From the human T2T-CHM13v2.0 reference genome, Homo sapiens: 64,000 nt of DNA. Below the pieces are notes generated by a model. That model ran no database searches, was not told the origin of the DNA, and worked only from the letters and a program-made list of their open reading frames with translations. This document shows, in pieces, positions 1 to 13,516 of the stretch. The position numbers and the translations under genes were made by a program. The stretch lies in the NCBI RefSeq assembly GCF_009914755.1, contig NC_060925.1. One strand, written 5' to 3'. Within the stretch, counting starts at the first letter, position 1; every line of letters begins with the position of its first letter.

Positions 1-345
1 CAAAGAGTGGGGCCCTTTGGAGAGGTGTCAGAAGTAGGGCTGAGCTCTGAGCCTGTGGGGATACATGATCTTTATTTTGCTCCATTTCAGCCTGGGCATT
101 TCACCTGTGGAAATATGTTTTCTTCTTGTTTTAAAACTAATATACACTCTTTTCCTTTTTTCCCCATGACAAAATTTCAGAACTCCATTATCTACCTTGA
201 GTGACAATTCATTCTTAAACAATATTGTGGTTAGCAATTTTACATTAAGCAAGGGTGTGGTCTCATAAACAGAGGATCCAGGGGAAAAAAAGAGGTAAAA
301 TAGTATTAAGTACGTGTATGTGTGCACATGTGTGTGAATGTGTAT

Positions 346-531
346 TAGGGCTGCCAGATAAAATACAAGATGCCTAGTTAAATTTGAGTTTCAGATAAAC
401 AATGAATAACTTTTTAGTATAAATATGTCCAGTGTAATATTTGAGACATACTAAAAAATATTTGTTATTTATCTGAAATTCAAATTTAACTAGACAGCCT
501 GTATTTTTTTCTCCTAAATCTGGCAATCCTA
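346..531. mobile_element. MER53 hAT MITE (palindromic)
   Basis: TIRs TAGGGCTGCCAGAT / ATCTGGCAATCCTA, internal palindrome, 8-bp TSD (A/G)TGTGTAT. Confidence 0.8.
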
Positions 532-2271
532 GTGTGTATGTGTATTTACAAGACACAGCAAAATTAAGTTTTAAAAAGCATTTACTTCTTCTACAACCTG
601 ATTTATTGATATCAAAAATCTGTTTTGTTAGGTAACCCTTCTTCAGGATCCCCATTTTTAGTTATTTGAACACCACTGCTAATAAGCTCCATGTAAATAT
701 TTGAACACCACTGCTCATAAGCTCCATGTAAAATAAGATCCATGTAAATTTTAGAATTTACATGGAAGGGCAAAATTAAAGCATTAATGAAAAGGAATAA
801 AAGAAGGCTATTGCCCTACCAGATGACAAGCCTTATCAGGAAGCTGTAGTAATAGACAGAGTGGCAATGATGCTGGGAAAGACACATTGACCACTGAAAT
901 AGAAGAGAAAGCTCAGAATTGACCCATTTATTTATGGAACTGTGATAAAGCATAGAGATGGCATAGAGAATCTGTGGGCAAAGGAGGCAATATGCCAAAG
1001 ACTGGCTGATACAGGGCACAAAGGCCTGGCAAACAAGCAGCAACTGGGGCAACTCCAAAGGGCCAACCCAGCCCCAGAGCTTCCTGTGCGATTAGCTGAA
1101 GTCTCCATTGCCATCTCATCACAGTTCATCTCCCTCTGCCCAACTCTGCTGTCCTATTCTTCACAGATGTTCCTGAGAGTGCCCCCAAGAAACCTCCCAC
1201 ATGCAAATCTCAAGTCTTAGATTGTGCTTTCCACAGAGCCTGACTCTTGATAGAAGGTGCTGTGCCAACAGAAGCCACTAAGGATCTCATAAATTCCTAA
1301 TGAAAAGACTCTCCCCAAAGGGGCAGATTCCCATTCTGAGAAAAACTTCTGGGAGCAGACTGCAAACTAAGCAGGCTATCAACACTGGAAGTAAAGAAGA
1401 CAGAAGATTCAAAGGCTGAGTGGGGGAGGGTCCAGAGGAAGCAGAACCCCCACTCAGCTAAGCCACCTTCAAATTTCTGACCCACAGAAAGCACGAGATG
1501 ACAAATGTTTATTGTTTTAAGTTGGTAAGTTTGGGGCTAATTTGTTATGCAGCAAAAGATAACAAATATAGCGTTGGGCTTCATGGACAAGAATACCTTA
1601 TGAGGAAACAATGGAGCAATATATTTAAAATAGTCAAGTGAAGAAAATGTAAGCCAAGAATATTGTATCTGATCTTCAAAAGTCACAGATAAATGGTTAC
1701 GAATGTTTGAATACTCAGAGAATATCATCCCCATGATCCCTGCCTGAGAAATCCACCAGAGAATGAGCTGTAGACAACCCAGAAGTGATTGGAGAAGCTC
1801 CACTGTAAGGATTGGTGTTGGGCATTCAATATGTCTTAGTGTAAAACTAAGACTCCATGATGGAAATTAAGTCCTGATACCTTAATACTATAAGCTCTGA
1901 CAATATAGATAAAATACAAGTAGGAAATATGGGGGAAGGGTACATGAGATGACTACTCAGCTGGTATTAACTGGAAATAAAATCATTTTAAATTAGAGGA
2001 TGGAAAGGGGAGAAGGAAAAAGAGATTACTAGCTAATTTTAATATTGCTCACAAGAGGGAATTAAGAGGCCGTTTCAAAGAGCAGGGCACTAAGGTTATT
2101 AGACAAAGGTGTAGCTCAAGGTAGGGCAGCAGGGTGGGAGCATGAGATGTGGATTTGGGGGAGCTGCTGGAACACAGCACAGAGGCCTCACCATGCTTAC
2201 GGATAATATGACTCAGTAGCCTTACTGTTAGTAGGAATATTGATATTACTATTTTGAAGCTATTTTATTAA

Positions 2272-2854
<583 letters not shown>

Positions 2855-3189
2855 AAATGTATATTTTATAAGATAAATTGATAAGTAAGTTTATATCCAT
2901 GATTTTCAAGAGAAAGCAGAAACAAATGTATCATTGAAGAATTTAGATAAAATCCTATAATCTTAAATTGGAATTTGAAACATCATTATGTGTTATGATT
3001 TTTTTCCCCTCTTAAAAATCACATTTCCTAATTCTATTTACTAAAAAGACCTAGAAAGTCACAATCCAGTGGTCCAGACTGTGATCTCTAAATGCTATTT
3101 CATACTAAAAGGAACAAGGGCTCCTTGGAGAAATGATTGACTCCAGGTCTGGGCAGGAAATGAACCCGTCAAGTCTGGGACATCTTAGG

Positions 3190-5280
3190 AGTGTCCTCCC
3201 TGCCAGTGGGTAACAAGACTTCACCTCCCCCCAAATCTGTCAGTAAAGCCCATGTAGGGAGCCTGGACTTCCACGTCCATCTGGTGGTAAAGAAATGCCC
3301 CTCCTCCCCTCTGCTGGGGTGGTGTCAGCTGAGGTCTAGTGGGAGTCAGAACTTTTGTCATTACCCAGTGGTCCTGGGTAGTACGGCTACCCCTCTATTT
3401 TTCCATGCAGAGTCAGTGGAGTCCGTGTGGAGAGTAGTAACAAGGCACTCCTGCCCCTCCCAGCCAGGAAGGTATCAATGGAGGCCTTGCGGAGAGCCAG
3501 AAATACCACTCCTGCCCAGCAGTAGTGAAGAGCTCCTCCTACTGTTTGTCAAAGAAGGCCAAGGAGGGAACCTAGACTATTACCTGCATCTGGCAGTAAG
3601 AAGGCAGTGCCCCCTTCTCCTTGCCCAAGTCATTTCAGAAAAGGCCAGTTAAAACAAAATTTAAATAAGGTCCAGAGTCTCATAACATAATACCAAAAAC
3701 ACCCAGGTTTTAACTAAAAATCCTTCATCATAGTAACAACCAGGAAAACTTCAGCTTGAATGACAAAAGAAAATGAATAGATATCAACTTCAAGGTAATA
3801 GTGATATTAGTTATCTTTCAAAGATTCTAAAGGAGCCATGATTGTAATGCTTTAGTGAACAATTATGAACATACTTGAAGCAAATAAAAAAAAGAAAGTC
3901 TTAGCAAAGAAACACAAGATATAAAAAAGAACCAAATGAAAATTTTAGAACGTAAAAATATAGTTACCAAAATAAAAACTCAATATGTGGGCAGAATGAA
4001 ATGGATGGAGAAGAAAATCAGCGAACTTGAAGATAAAATAATAGAAATTACTTACTCTGGATAACAGAGAAAATAGTCTTAAAAAAAAGAAAAGAGCCTC
4101 AAAGAACTGTAAAACTGTAACAAAACAAAATATGAGTGTCATTTGAGCCCTGGAAGGAGAGTAGAAAGAGCATGAGGCTGAAAAAGGTACTTGAATAATG
4201 CCTGAAAAATTTCCAAGTTGGAAAGAAGATAAAGATCAACAGATTCAAGAAACTCAGCAAATCCCAAAATCAATAAACCAAAGAAATTTATGCCAAGACA
4301 CATTATAGTCAAACTTCTGTAAACTAAGACACAGAAAAATTCCTGAAAGCAGTGAGAGAGAGATGAAATCTCCCCTACAGAGGAAAAAAAATAATTCAAA
4401 TGACATTGGATTTCTCATTAGACCATGGAGGCCAGAAGAAAGTGGCATATATTTCAAGGGATGAAAGAACTGTCAGCTCAGAATTCTATATCCAGTGAGC
4501 AAATCCTTCAAGGATGAGAGGGGAAGTCAAGGCATTCTCAGATGAAGGAAAACTAAGAAATTTCTATCAGCAGGCATACCCTAACAACAGAGCTAAAGGT
4601 ACCTCTCTAAACAGAAAGTTAATAATAAAAGAAGAAATCTTGGCGTATCAGAAAAGAAGAAAGAACAGAAAGAGTAAAAAGAGAGACAAATGTAATACAT
4701 TTTCTCTTTCCTCTGGGGTCTTCAAATGTATGTTTGACAGTTGAAACAATAATTATAGTGCTAGCTAATATAAGAAAAATATTTAAGACAGTTATATTAA
4801 AAATCGGAAGGCTGAAGGGAGTTAAATGGAGGAAAGTTTTCTAAATACACTAGAACTGCTAAAATGTCAATACCAGTGATTGACATTTAATCATTGACAG
4901 TCAATGATTATAATGTTATGTATAGATAATGTAATACCTACAGCAATAACTAAAGGAGCTATACAAAGAGATACACCCAAAAAACACTCTGGGTAAATAA
5001 AAATGGAATTTTAAATAATGTTGAAGCAACTGATAGGAAAGTAGGAAAAAGTAAACAAAAAATTCCTGAAAGCAAAAAATTCCAAAAAACAATAAAACAT
5101 GCAATGGCAGACTTAAGTCCTGAAATAGCAATAACTACACTAAATGTAAACTAAATATATCAACTAAAGTCTAAATATATCAACTAAAGTTAGAGACTGA
5201 TAGCATATTTTTTAAAATGACCCAATTACATGCTGTCTACAAGTAACTCAACTTCAAATACAATGATATTGACAAGTTGC
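3190..5280 (+). mobile_element. Old L1M (5' region/ORF1/ORF2 start) remnant
   Basis: A-rich degenerate L1 ORF1-like sequence (e.g. CAAGACACATTATAGTCAAACT, AGAATTCTATATCCAG); boundaries approximate. Confidence 0.65.
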
Positions 5281-5549
5281 TATATACGGTTCTTTACTGT
5301 TGGAATTTTAACCATGAACATGCATTAGCTTTTCAATTAGTTGCTTAAAATGTCTAGGATTTTACTCAGGTCAAGGGAAGTAGGTCAGAAAAGGCTATAG
5401 GGAAGTAATCACTAAATTGACAAGGAAGAATTCAAGGGGAAAAAGATGGGAAAGGCCAGGAGGATGTTATTGCATGCAGAGAAAAGAGCATGAGTACATA
5501 GCAGGGTCCAGCACGTGTAGAAAAACAGTTTGGTTTGACCTCTGCTCAC

Positions 5550-5789
5550 CTTTTCTTCTATGAGATACTGCTGATCAAATTCTAAGGAATAAAACTCAAT
5601 GGGGAAGTTGCAGGGATTCTTCACTATCACCTCGGCCTCGTCTCCAGGTGCACAAAGTAGCAGTGGCCCCAGATCCAGGACTGAAGGACTAAATTCCAGG
5701 CGTGGCTCTAGACCTTGCCCACGTGCCAGGAGGGTAAGCTTTTGAGCACTCTGGGCAATCTGAAACACCAGGGTTTGGCTGTAGAATTT
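5550..5789 (-). CDS. HYDIN: HYDIN/HYDIN2 exon ~36 (240 nt, KFYSQTLVFQ...LIEEK)
   Basis: Acceptor TTTTCCAG|AAATTC, donor AAG|GTGAGC; phase 0-0. Confidence 0.95.
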
Positions 5790-7703
5790 CTGGAAAACAT
5801 AAAAACAAAACAAGCATCTGAATTTATTTCCATTACATGTCATGTAAAACAAAACACCGCTGAGGGGAAAAAACTTATCTATTTAGATTAAGGGAGAAAA
5901 CTTATTATAAAATTGCATAAGAGTAATTTTTATTACCAAATTAACATAAGTACTGGGTATTTAGCATGCCAAGCATTGTACCAAGTGCTAGATATCAAAT
6001 AAATTCTGGGTATCTAGCATTCTAGCACTTGTATCAAGTGCTTCATCGTTTGTAGCAAGCCCTCTGAGTATCACTTTCACATCCCTCAAATCTTCCAGTG
6101 TGCTCAGACTTCCAGCTGCCACTGTCTGCATCTCTGGGCCTGAAGGTTCTCATTTCATGGACCCTGCTGTCCATGGGCAGGGGAGGGCAGGGCAAAAATG
6201 CCAGGGAAATGATACCATCTGGAATTAGTTATTAAGCAATGACTCTGGGGATTTACGGTAAAAAGACCCCAGCTCCCTTGCTCCTGAGGAGTGATGATTC
6301 TGAAGTGTGTACTTTGTGTATTTTCCCAGTTTGGCAGAATGCCAGAGCTGGGGCATTCAGTTCATCAGATACAATTACAACCAGATACTGGTTAATAGTT
6401 ATATCATAACTACTCACATGTTTTCTCAAAATGGTACCCAAATCTACATTGCATCCCATAGTTCCTAGTCTGATTTCACTGGGGAACCTATTAAACATGC
6501 AGATCCTCAGATTCCATCCCTAGAAATCCTGACTCTGTAGGGGCAGAGTAAGGCTGGGATTCAGCATTTTTAACCAGATGCCTAGGTTATTCTGGTATAG
6601 CTGGACTTGTGGCTTGGTTTGAGAGGAAATTACGCAAATCACAATCTGAAGACCTCCTATCTTAGCTTGAAGGGGAAAAAGCAAATGGATGGAATGTATA
6701 CAGACATACACACAGAAATATCTATTTCTGGACACAAAAAGATAAATTACTGGCTAAGAAGGGTTTCTCTATAGTTATGGGCTTAGTACCTTATGATTCA
6801 AACTTCTGTATTTTAATTGCTCCTTATGGAAATCTTTCTAAAACATTTCATTCATTTTCTTGAACATGTTATCATGCCTAAGAATTGTTGGTGTGGATGT
6901 CACTGATTTCTTGGTGCTGCTGATGTTGATGATGATGCAGATATATGGATCGTATGGGTTGCAAGCCTAACCAATTCCTTGTATACAGCTAATAAATTTC
7001 TCTCTTAATTGGTGGAAACATTTTACTAACTTTGACCAATTCCAACTCAACATTCATGAAACTGCTTGAACAAATCTATTTTTTTTTACTATATTTCCCT
7101 CATTAAGTAATGGAAAAAAAATCCACAATCTTGAGTAAACCCTTTGAAAATTTTAAGACTCTTTAAGAATGACAAACATATTACTAATTTTCTTTTAAAT
7201 GGACTGGGAAGATTTTGATAATGATAAAAACATGGGTTTTATTTTAGAATGAGATAGGAAGTCATTTGCTTTTTCTCTTTCTCACTGAAGGTGCTTAAGC
7301 ATTTCCTCAAAGCGATTACAAGGAAAATGGGAGTTAACCATAGCTCTTCTATAAAACACAAATCAATTTTTCTTTTAAAATAACAGAATAGAGAAAAATA
7401 TATTTCCCAAGTGCCTTAGGCTTTGAATAAAAGTCTTTACAGTGCAACCTCTTGAGATTCTCTGGTTCGAGGATTTTATTAATTTTATTATGTTCCTGGT
7501 CAGAAGTAGCTTTGAGTTGATTATGTTCACAAAAGAAACATTTATGAGGCTCCGGGAGGCCATCTACTGGGACGTACTTTTCACGACTACTGATGATAAT
7601 AGTTAATAGTTATTGAGAGATTTACTTACATAGAGCAGCACACTGTGTACTTTATTCAATACTGTGCATTTAATCTTCAAAATGACCTTAGGAGGTAGTC
7701 ACT

Positions 7704-8030
7704 ACAGGTTGACAATAAGTTATCTGAAACCCAGGGGCCAGATACTTTCAAATTCAGATTTTTCAAATAGTAAACACAGTGCATATACCCTATGTTACCT
7801 AATACCCTCAGCAGGGTCTGGGGCAGGTCCCCTGTAATCAAACACATTAACAGTTGTTGTCAATGTTTGACTCTGAAAACTAAGTTGTACAAATAAAAGT
7901 TAAATGGTGTCATGTCAGTTCAGATGAGATTTTTCTGCCAAATGAGTTTTAGTGCGAAGCTTATGAAATCTCAAACCCCCCACCCCCAGTTTTGGATCTT
8001 ACTGGGTTTCAGAATTTCAATAAGGACTTC
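7704..8030. mobile_element. MER46C-like TcMar-Tigger MITE
   Basis: TACAGGTTGA start; CAGCAGGGTCTGGGGCAG...TGTAATCAAACACATTAA motif. Confidence 0.55.
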
Positions 8031-8367
8031 TGATATGCAACATTACTATTTTTTCTTTTATCTATGAGTGAACTGAGACTGAATGAGGCTAAGTAATTTC
8101 CTCAAAGACACACAGCATGTAAGTGTGCAGAGGCAGAAGGCTACTAACCCAGGCCTTCTGATAAAAATTGATGTGTTAGTCCAATGATTCCAGACCACCA
8201 GACCACACAGCTCCTATGTGAACCAGAAGTGCTTGAGATGCCATATTCAGAAAAGCAAGGCACAGGTCACTCGAAGCTTCCCTTGAGACCCAAACAAGCA
8301 TGGACTTTGAGTAAAGCTCAAAGAGGTCCAGAGAATCTAAATGAAGCCATATTTCTTTAAAGCTCAC

Positions 8368-8517
8368 CTCTTCTTTTGGCATGAATTTCACTTGCACGTT
8401 GGACTTCTCACCAGGATCCAAGACTCCAGAAATGGGCTGGATTTCGAAGATCCGTGTCTTTGGCTTTAATTCAGCGCGTAGTTTCTGTCTTAAGTACTTC
8501 GGCATGTGTTTCTCCAG
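8368..8517 (-). CDS. HYDIN: HYDIN/HYDIN2 exon ~35 (150 nt, LEKHMPKYLR...MPKEE)
   Basis: Acceptor ATAAACCAG|CTGGAG (weak pyrimidine tract), donor GAG|GTGAGC; phase 0-0. Confidence 0.93.
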
Positions 8518-8853
8518 CTGGTTTATAAATATTAGAGAATTAGATCATCTTCTATGGAAAATGAGCTCATTCACCTTCCACTCACACAACCCACATTTCC
8601 TGAGTACCTCTCAGGTGTCGGGGAATGTGTAGATACCAGAGGTGCAAAGATGAATAAGACATTCCACCCGACAGCATGGCCTGATAGGACCTCAAGCGCT
8701 GGGCTAAGGGCCCAGGTTTTATTCAGGAGGCAATGGTTGCCACTGAAAGTCTTTGAGCAGGAGATTGAAATGATGAGCACCAAGACCTAGAGTTACAAAT
8801 CTGGCTGCAATGGAGATGGAGAAAGGAGGACCAATGGGCCACAGCTCATTTAC

Positions 8854-9045
8854 CTTGTCAACAGGCTTTTGGCTCTGGACGAACCATTCACAAGGGACTT
8901 GGAGATGATTGGAAAGCTGAATAGTTTCCACCAGGCACTGTCCACACTGAATTGTGGCAAAGTCCACTTTTCCACGAGAGAGAGTCATGGTTGGAATGGT
9001 CACCTTGGCTTGGAGACAGATGTGAACTGTTGGCCCTCCAACCAC
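8854..9045 (-). CDS. HYDIN: HYDIN/HYDIN2 exon ~34 (192 nt, VVGGPTVHIC...KPVDK)
   Basis: Acceptor CTCTAG|GTGGTT, donor AAG|GTAAAT; phase 0-0. Confidence 0.94.
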
Positions 9046-9197
9046 CTAGAGAGGGTATAAACTGCAGTTATCATGTGTCATGGGGTTGGGGAAAGGAAGA
9101 ATCATGGCTCTGACATAATAACTGGATTATCCCAGGGGCCATCAGCAAGCAGAGCTGGAAACCTGCAGGTCCGGGTGGGCCCAGCGGTGCCTTGTAC

Positions 9198-9325
9198 CTT
9201 GATGGGCAGAATGACTTCTTTGCTTCCAACAGGAAGATTGGCCCCCTGTGGGTCAAATCTCACTTCAAATATTTCCGTTTCACAATGAGGCAGATTCTTT
9301 ACACGATCTAGCTCAGTACTGAATC
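9198..9325 (-). CDS. HYDIN: HYDIN/HYDIN2 exon ~33 (128 nt, GFSTELDRVK...ILPIK)
   Basis: Acceptor TTGGTCCAG|GATTCA, donor AAG|GTACAA; phase 1-0. Confidence 0.94.
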
Positions 9326-9558
9326 CTGGACCAAGACAAAAAAAAATTTCTTCATGGAAAAGAGAAACAGCAAACAAGAGCTGCTCTAGAGAAAGCCCCC
9401 ACTGGGTCAGAATGACTGCTCAAAGGATCACTGAATAGCCCAAGAATCCTTTTAGCTGATCCCAGAGGCACAAAAGCTGCTCCAGGAGGACAGTACTGAT
9501 GGGTTCCTTGCGAGAAATGACCAAGTGCAATAGGAAAGCGTCTCCCCAGCCTGGGTAC

Positions 9559-9695
9559 CTGTCTCATGAAGGACACGCTTGTCTGCATGGAATGACACTG
9601 GAAAGTGACTGGTGTTGATGATCTTGATGATGTGGGTTCGGACTTCGCCAAGGATGATGTAGCCAAAGTCCAGGATGTACTCTGGTAGCTGGATT
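9559..9695 (-). CDS. HYDIN: HYDIN/HYDIN2 exon ~32 (137 nt, IQLPEYILDF...VLHET)
   Basis: Acceptor TTTCAG|AATCCA, donor CAG|GTACCC; phase 2-1. Confidence 0.93.
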
Positions 9696-10160
9696 CTGAA
9701 ATGGTTAATAGACCTTACTAGTCACTTTCAAACCTGGAAGGCTACTTTTCCAAAAGTGAGTGAGTCTGATTTTTTTTTTCTACCTCCTGTGCACAGTTTT
9801 ATTCTCCAGAGTGGAGAACAACAAATGGCTACCCAAACGGAGACTAGAAACAACGTTAACTCCCCCAGAGATTCACACCACTGTTTTGGCCATTATCTCA
9901 GAACATGTTCAGCATGGCCCCTTATGGACCTGAAGTGAAGCCTGTCCATTAGACATAGCTGTAATGTTCTCACTCTAAGAGGCAGAAAGCTGCCCAGTTG
10001 GCTTGATGCTAGGGGATGGCGGATAAGTGAGGAGAGTGGATTTCATTGCGAGGTGATCAGCCAGTGTTTCCGGGAGTGTGCTGCACGAGGCAGCACTGCT
10101 TGCTCTGCTACACTCTGAAACAAGCACAGCACAGAAAGGCAGTCACTGGAAACCACTCAC

Positions 10161-10294
10161 TTGGCCAGTTTGCGGCGACTCCGATGGCTGAAGCAGGGGT
10201 CATCCATAGGATCAGGGGTGGTTGTTTTCTGATGTTCTAGGACATAGCTTTGGACTATAAGTCTTTCTACCTCCATCTGGAGATGAGCACTTAC
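10161..10294 (-). CDS. HYDIN: HYDIN/HYDIN2 exon ~31 (134 nt, VSAHLQMEVE...RRKLAK)
   Basis: Acceptor CTTGCTTCAG|GTAAGT, donor CAA|GTGAGT; phase 0-2. Confidence 0.93.
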
Positions 10295-10769
10295 CTGAAG
10301 CAAGAAGGAAGAGCAAGTCAGCAAATTCTTTAGGAACATGCATTCTCAACAGGGACAATACCACCCCTAAAGAGGCAAAAATTAGTTCTTGGAGGGTGGT
10401 GGAAAATATCTTAAATATTACAATGGTTTGCGGCCCCCAAAGAGCCACAGAACATAAACAGATACATGGTATGTTTAAAGCATTACATTTTTCCTGGGAA
10501 GGGCGTGGAAAGGGTAAGCAAATCGGTATATCCACACCATGGAATACTCAGCAGTAAAAGGGAATGAATTATTGAGGTGCATAACTTGAATGGATTACAA
10601 GGGCATTATGTGGAATGAAAAAAGCCAATCTCAAAAGGCGATGTGCTGTATGATTCCATTTATATAACATTCTTGAAATAACAAAAGGCTCAAGATGGAG
10701 AACAGATGAGTGGCTGCCAGAGGTAAGGGACAGGGAGAGAGGGGTGGATGTGGTTATAACCTGGGCACA

Positions 10770-11443
10770 TGTAAGGCCAAACACAAATGGAAAATGAGGC
10801 TTAGTTCTCCTTGTTGAAAATAAGGGAAGAGACTTCTCTTCCTCCCCTTAGAGTATTTAGTTTAGAACATTTGTAATTTTAAGTTCTTTGAAATGTTATC
10901 GCTTTGAAATGTAGATAAATCTTTTTAAAAGTGAAATAAGCCTCTTGCCAGCTTTAGGAGCCAGAAGTGTCTTTCTCAAGGACCTGGGAACCATCTCTTT
11001 GACACGTAATCAACAAGAAAGGTGAAGTCCCTACTCCCAGTTTCTGTGAGAGGATGGGAGCCTAGCTTCCATGGGGCCCTGCTAGAAAGACAAGTTTGTT
11101 TTTCCTTTGGATAAAGCCAATTAGCTAACACAGTTGGTCACCTCAATTACCATGTCGATTTAGGATAAACTATGTGTGGCAAATGATGGTGTCAAGTCCT
11201 CTTACTTGAGACTAGCTACTTTTTACTCTGAGAACAGGAATGAAAAGGCTTGGATCTGGTTGGCTCTATAGGAGGGGCAGACTTCCTTCTGCCTTTGCAA
11301 TCTCTCAGCAGATTGCCTGTGATGGGCATCACATTCTGGTTTAATGCTTATTCAATAATAAAATTGTTTTCTTTCTCTTCTACCTTTGTGGATAGATTTT
11401 CTGGGTTGGAGGGAGATTTTGTTTTTAATTTTATTTCCTCAAG
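10770..11443 (+). mobile_element. Probable solo LTR inserted into an L1M 3' fragment (~10530-11720)
   Basis: TG start; TATA-like CTATAGG and a poly(A)-signal region; the L1M sequence resumes after it. Family not determined. Confidence 0.55.
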
Positions 11444-13404
11444 AAGCACGAGGAATCTTGGTGGTAATGGAATAGTTCTGGATCTTAATTGCGGTGGTGG
11501 GTTCACAAATCTACATGTGATAAAATTGCACAGAACTACACCACACACATACACACATGCATGTAAAAGTGGTGAAATCTGAATAAGCTCTGTGGCTTGT
11601 ACAAATGTCAATTTCATGGATTTGATGTTGTACTATAGTTATACGAGACGTTACTGCTGGGAAAACCCTTTTTTTTTCAATTCCCTGTAAATATATTATT
11701 TCAAAATAAAAAGTTAAAAAGTATGTCAAACTATTCAAGGAGATTCCATTTTGTATATAATAAATAAAAATATTTCATGGGGAATATTAGGAAAAAAGGT
11801 CTAAAATGGATTTTTAGGGAGTGATAATGGAAAAGGTTGAGAAACACTATTTGAAAAGGGCTAATCCTTAAGTCTAGGCCCAGCAGGGAAGGTTAATGTG
11901 TGCCATGGCCCACAGTGAGGCACAGGAGGTGAGAGTGGAAGTGTGACAAACTGGGAGAGGAGCAGCGTCTGCTGACAGCCTTCCCAGTTGTCTGGATTCT
12001 AGAGCAGCAAAGCCAACTCTGTGCTTGGCTCCTGAGCCATGAGTGGTCCACCCTGCCCTACTCAAGGGAACCAGCTTGGCTCTGCATGTACCATCATATT
12101 CACAGAAACCCCACCCCACTGCTCTCCTAGGCTTTGATAAGGTGCAGCCTGGGAACCCAATAAGCAGGTGGAGACACATCATTGCGTCCAGTGGGCAGCC
12201 CGGGGCTGGCAGGAGAAGGCAGAGGCTAAGGGCACCATCTTAGCAGCTGGGCAGGCCTGGTTTCAAATCCTAGCTCTGTGCTTGCCTTGGGACATGCACT
12301 TCACTTCTGTAAAACTAAAATTTAGATGACAGCAGCACCATTCTCCCCCCACCCTCATTGTGGGAGGATTTAACAAGATAACAGTACAGGTTAACAGTAT
12401 GGCACAGGCTTAGTATAAGAGTCCAATAAATGGTAACTGATGTTATTAATTATGATCATCCTTGGTGCTAAGGTTCACTTTTAGCATCTTGTACTTGAAC
12501 CAGCCTTCTGCAAAACAAATAATCCCCGGTGGGCTTTGGTGCTTCCTGTCTCCCCCATGACACCTTTCTGCCCCACATTAGAGCCCCCTCTTAACCAACC
12601 TAAGGGCTCTCTAGCCACATATATGATTCTTCCTTAGAACAATATTCGCATGCACATTTGCATTTGGAAAGAACAGCAGGGGGGTTGGCAGCTGTCAGGG
12701 TCAGGAATAGACTTTTAAAACAGGACTTTCAGGGGTGATGAGGGAGGATATATTGGGATTTTGTCTTCCTATCCCAGCCTTTATTTACAAGCTGAGAAGC
12801 TCTCTCCTCCAGAGACCCTCGCTTGGCTCCCACCTCTGTGGCACCACATGCTCCTGACTTTTCCAGAATCTTTTGGCCACCCCTCTCCCCCACTCAGAAG
12901 CTGGGGTATTTTGGGGCTACATTCTGAATCTGCCTTTTTTCCTGCTCACTAGACATACTTCCTAGGGAATCTCCCCATTTCCTGTGATTGCAATGATCAT
13001 CTGATGACTCTCAAGTCACCTTCTCCAACCTCTCTCTCTCCCCGAGGTGCCCAGCAGTGGCTCCGGTTCCCTACTGGATGCTCTACGCAGATGATGCACA
13101 GAAATCTCACATTCGGTAGCCACGGGAAACAGCTGAACTCCTTTCCCTTCCCTCCCCTCCCACCAAGACCTCGCTTCTCCTCCTGAGTTGCCTGTCTCAG
13201 TCCCCCTCCTTACCTCGTCATCCAAGCAAGACTTAGAGGTCCCCTCCACCCCATGCCCATATCCAATCAATCCCTAAGTCTTGACCATTCCACTTCTGGA
13301 ATATTCCTTGAACCCACCCAGTTCGCCCTGTCCCCACTGTCATCACCATTGCTTACAGCACCACCATCTCTCACCTAGAATTACTCCATCAGCTTAAAAA
13401 AACT

Positions 13405-13516
13405 GTAGAGATGGAGTTTCACCATGTTGTCCAGGCTGGTCTCAAATTCCTGGCCTCAGGCCATCCTTGGCTTCCCAAAGTACTGGGATTATAGGAATGG
13501 GCCACTGCACCTGGCC
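13405..13516 (-). mobile_element. Alu left monomer/FLAM within L2 remnant
   Basis: GAGATGGAGTTTCACCATGTTG...CACTGCACCTGGCC. Confidence 0.75.

Noticed and set aside
374-655. Possible next HYDIN exon (37) in the minus-strand ORF
   Set aside because: The translation does not match the expected continuation and mostly covers MER53; the next exon appears to lie outside the window
663-747. CRISPR-like direct repeats (also 22247, 28246, 41629)
   Set aside because: Adjacent tandem copies with no spacers, in human intronic DNA
3191-3652. 153-aa plus-strand ORF
   Set aside because: Lies in a decayed L1M 5' region; GTG start, no protein-like features
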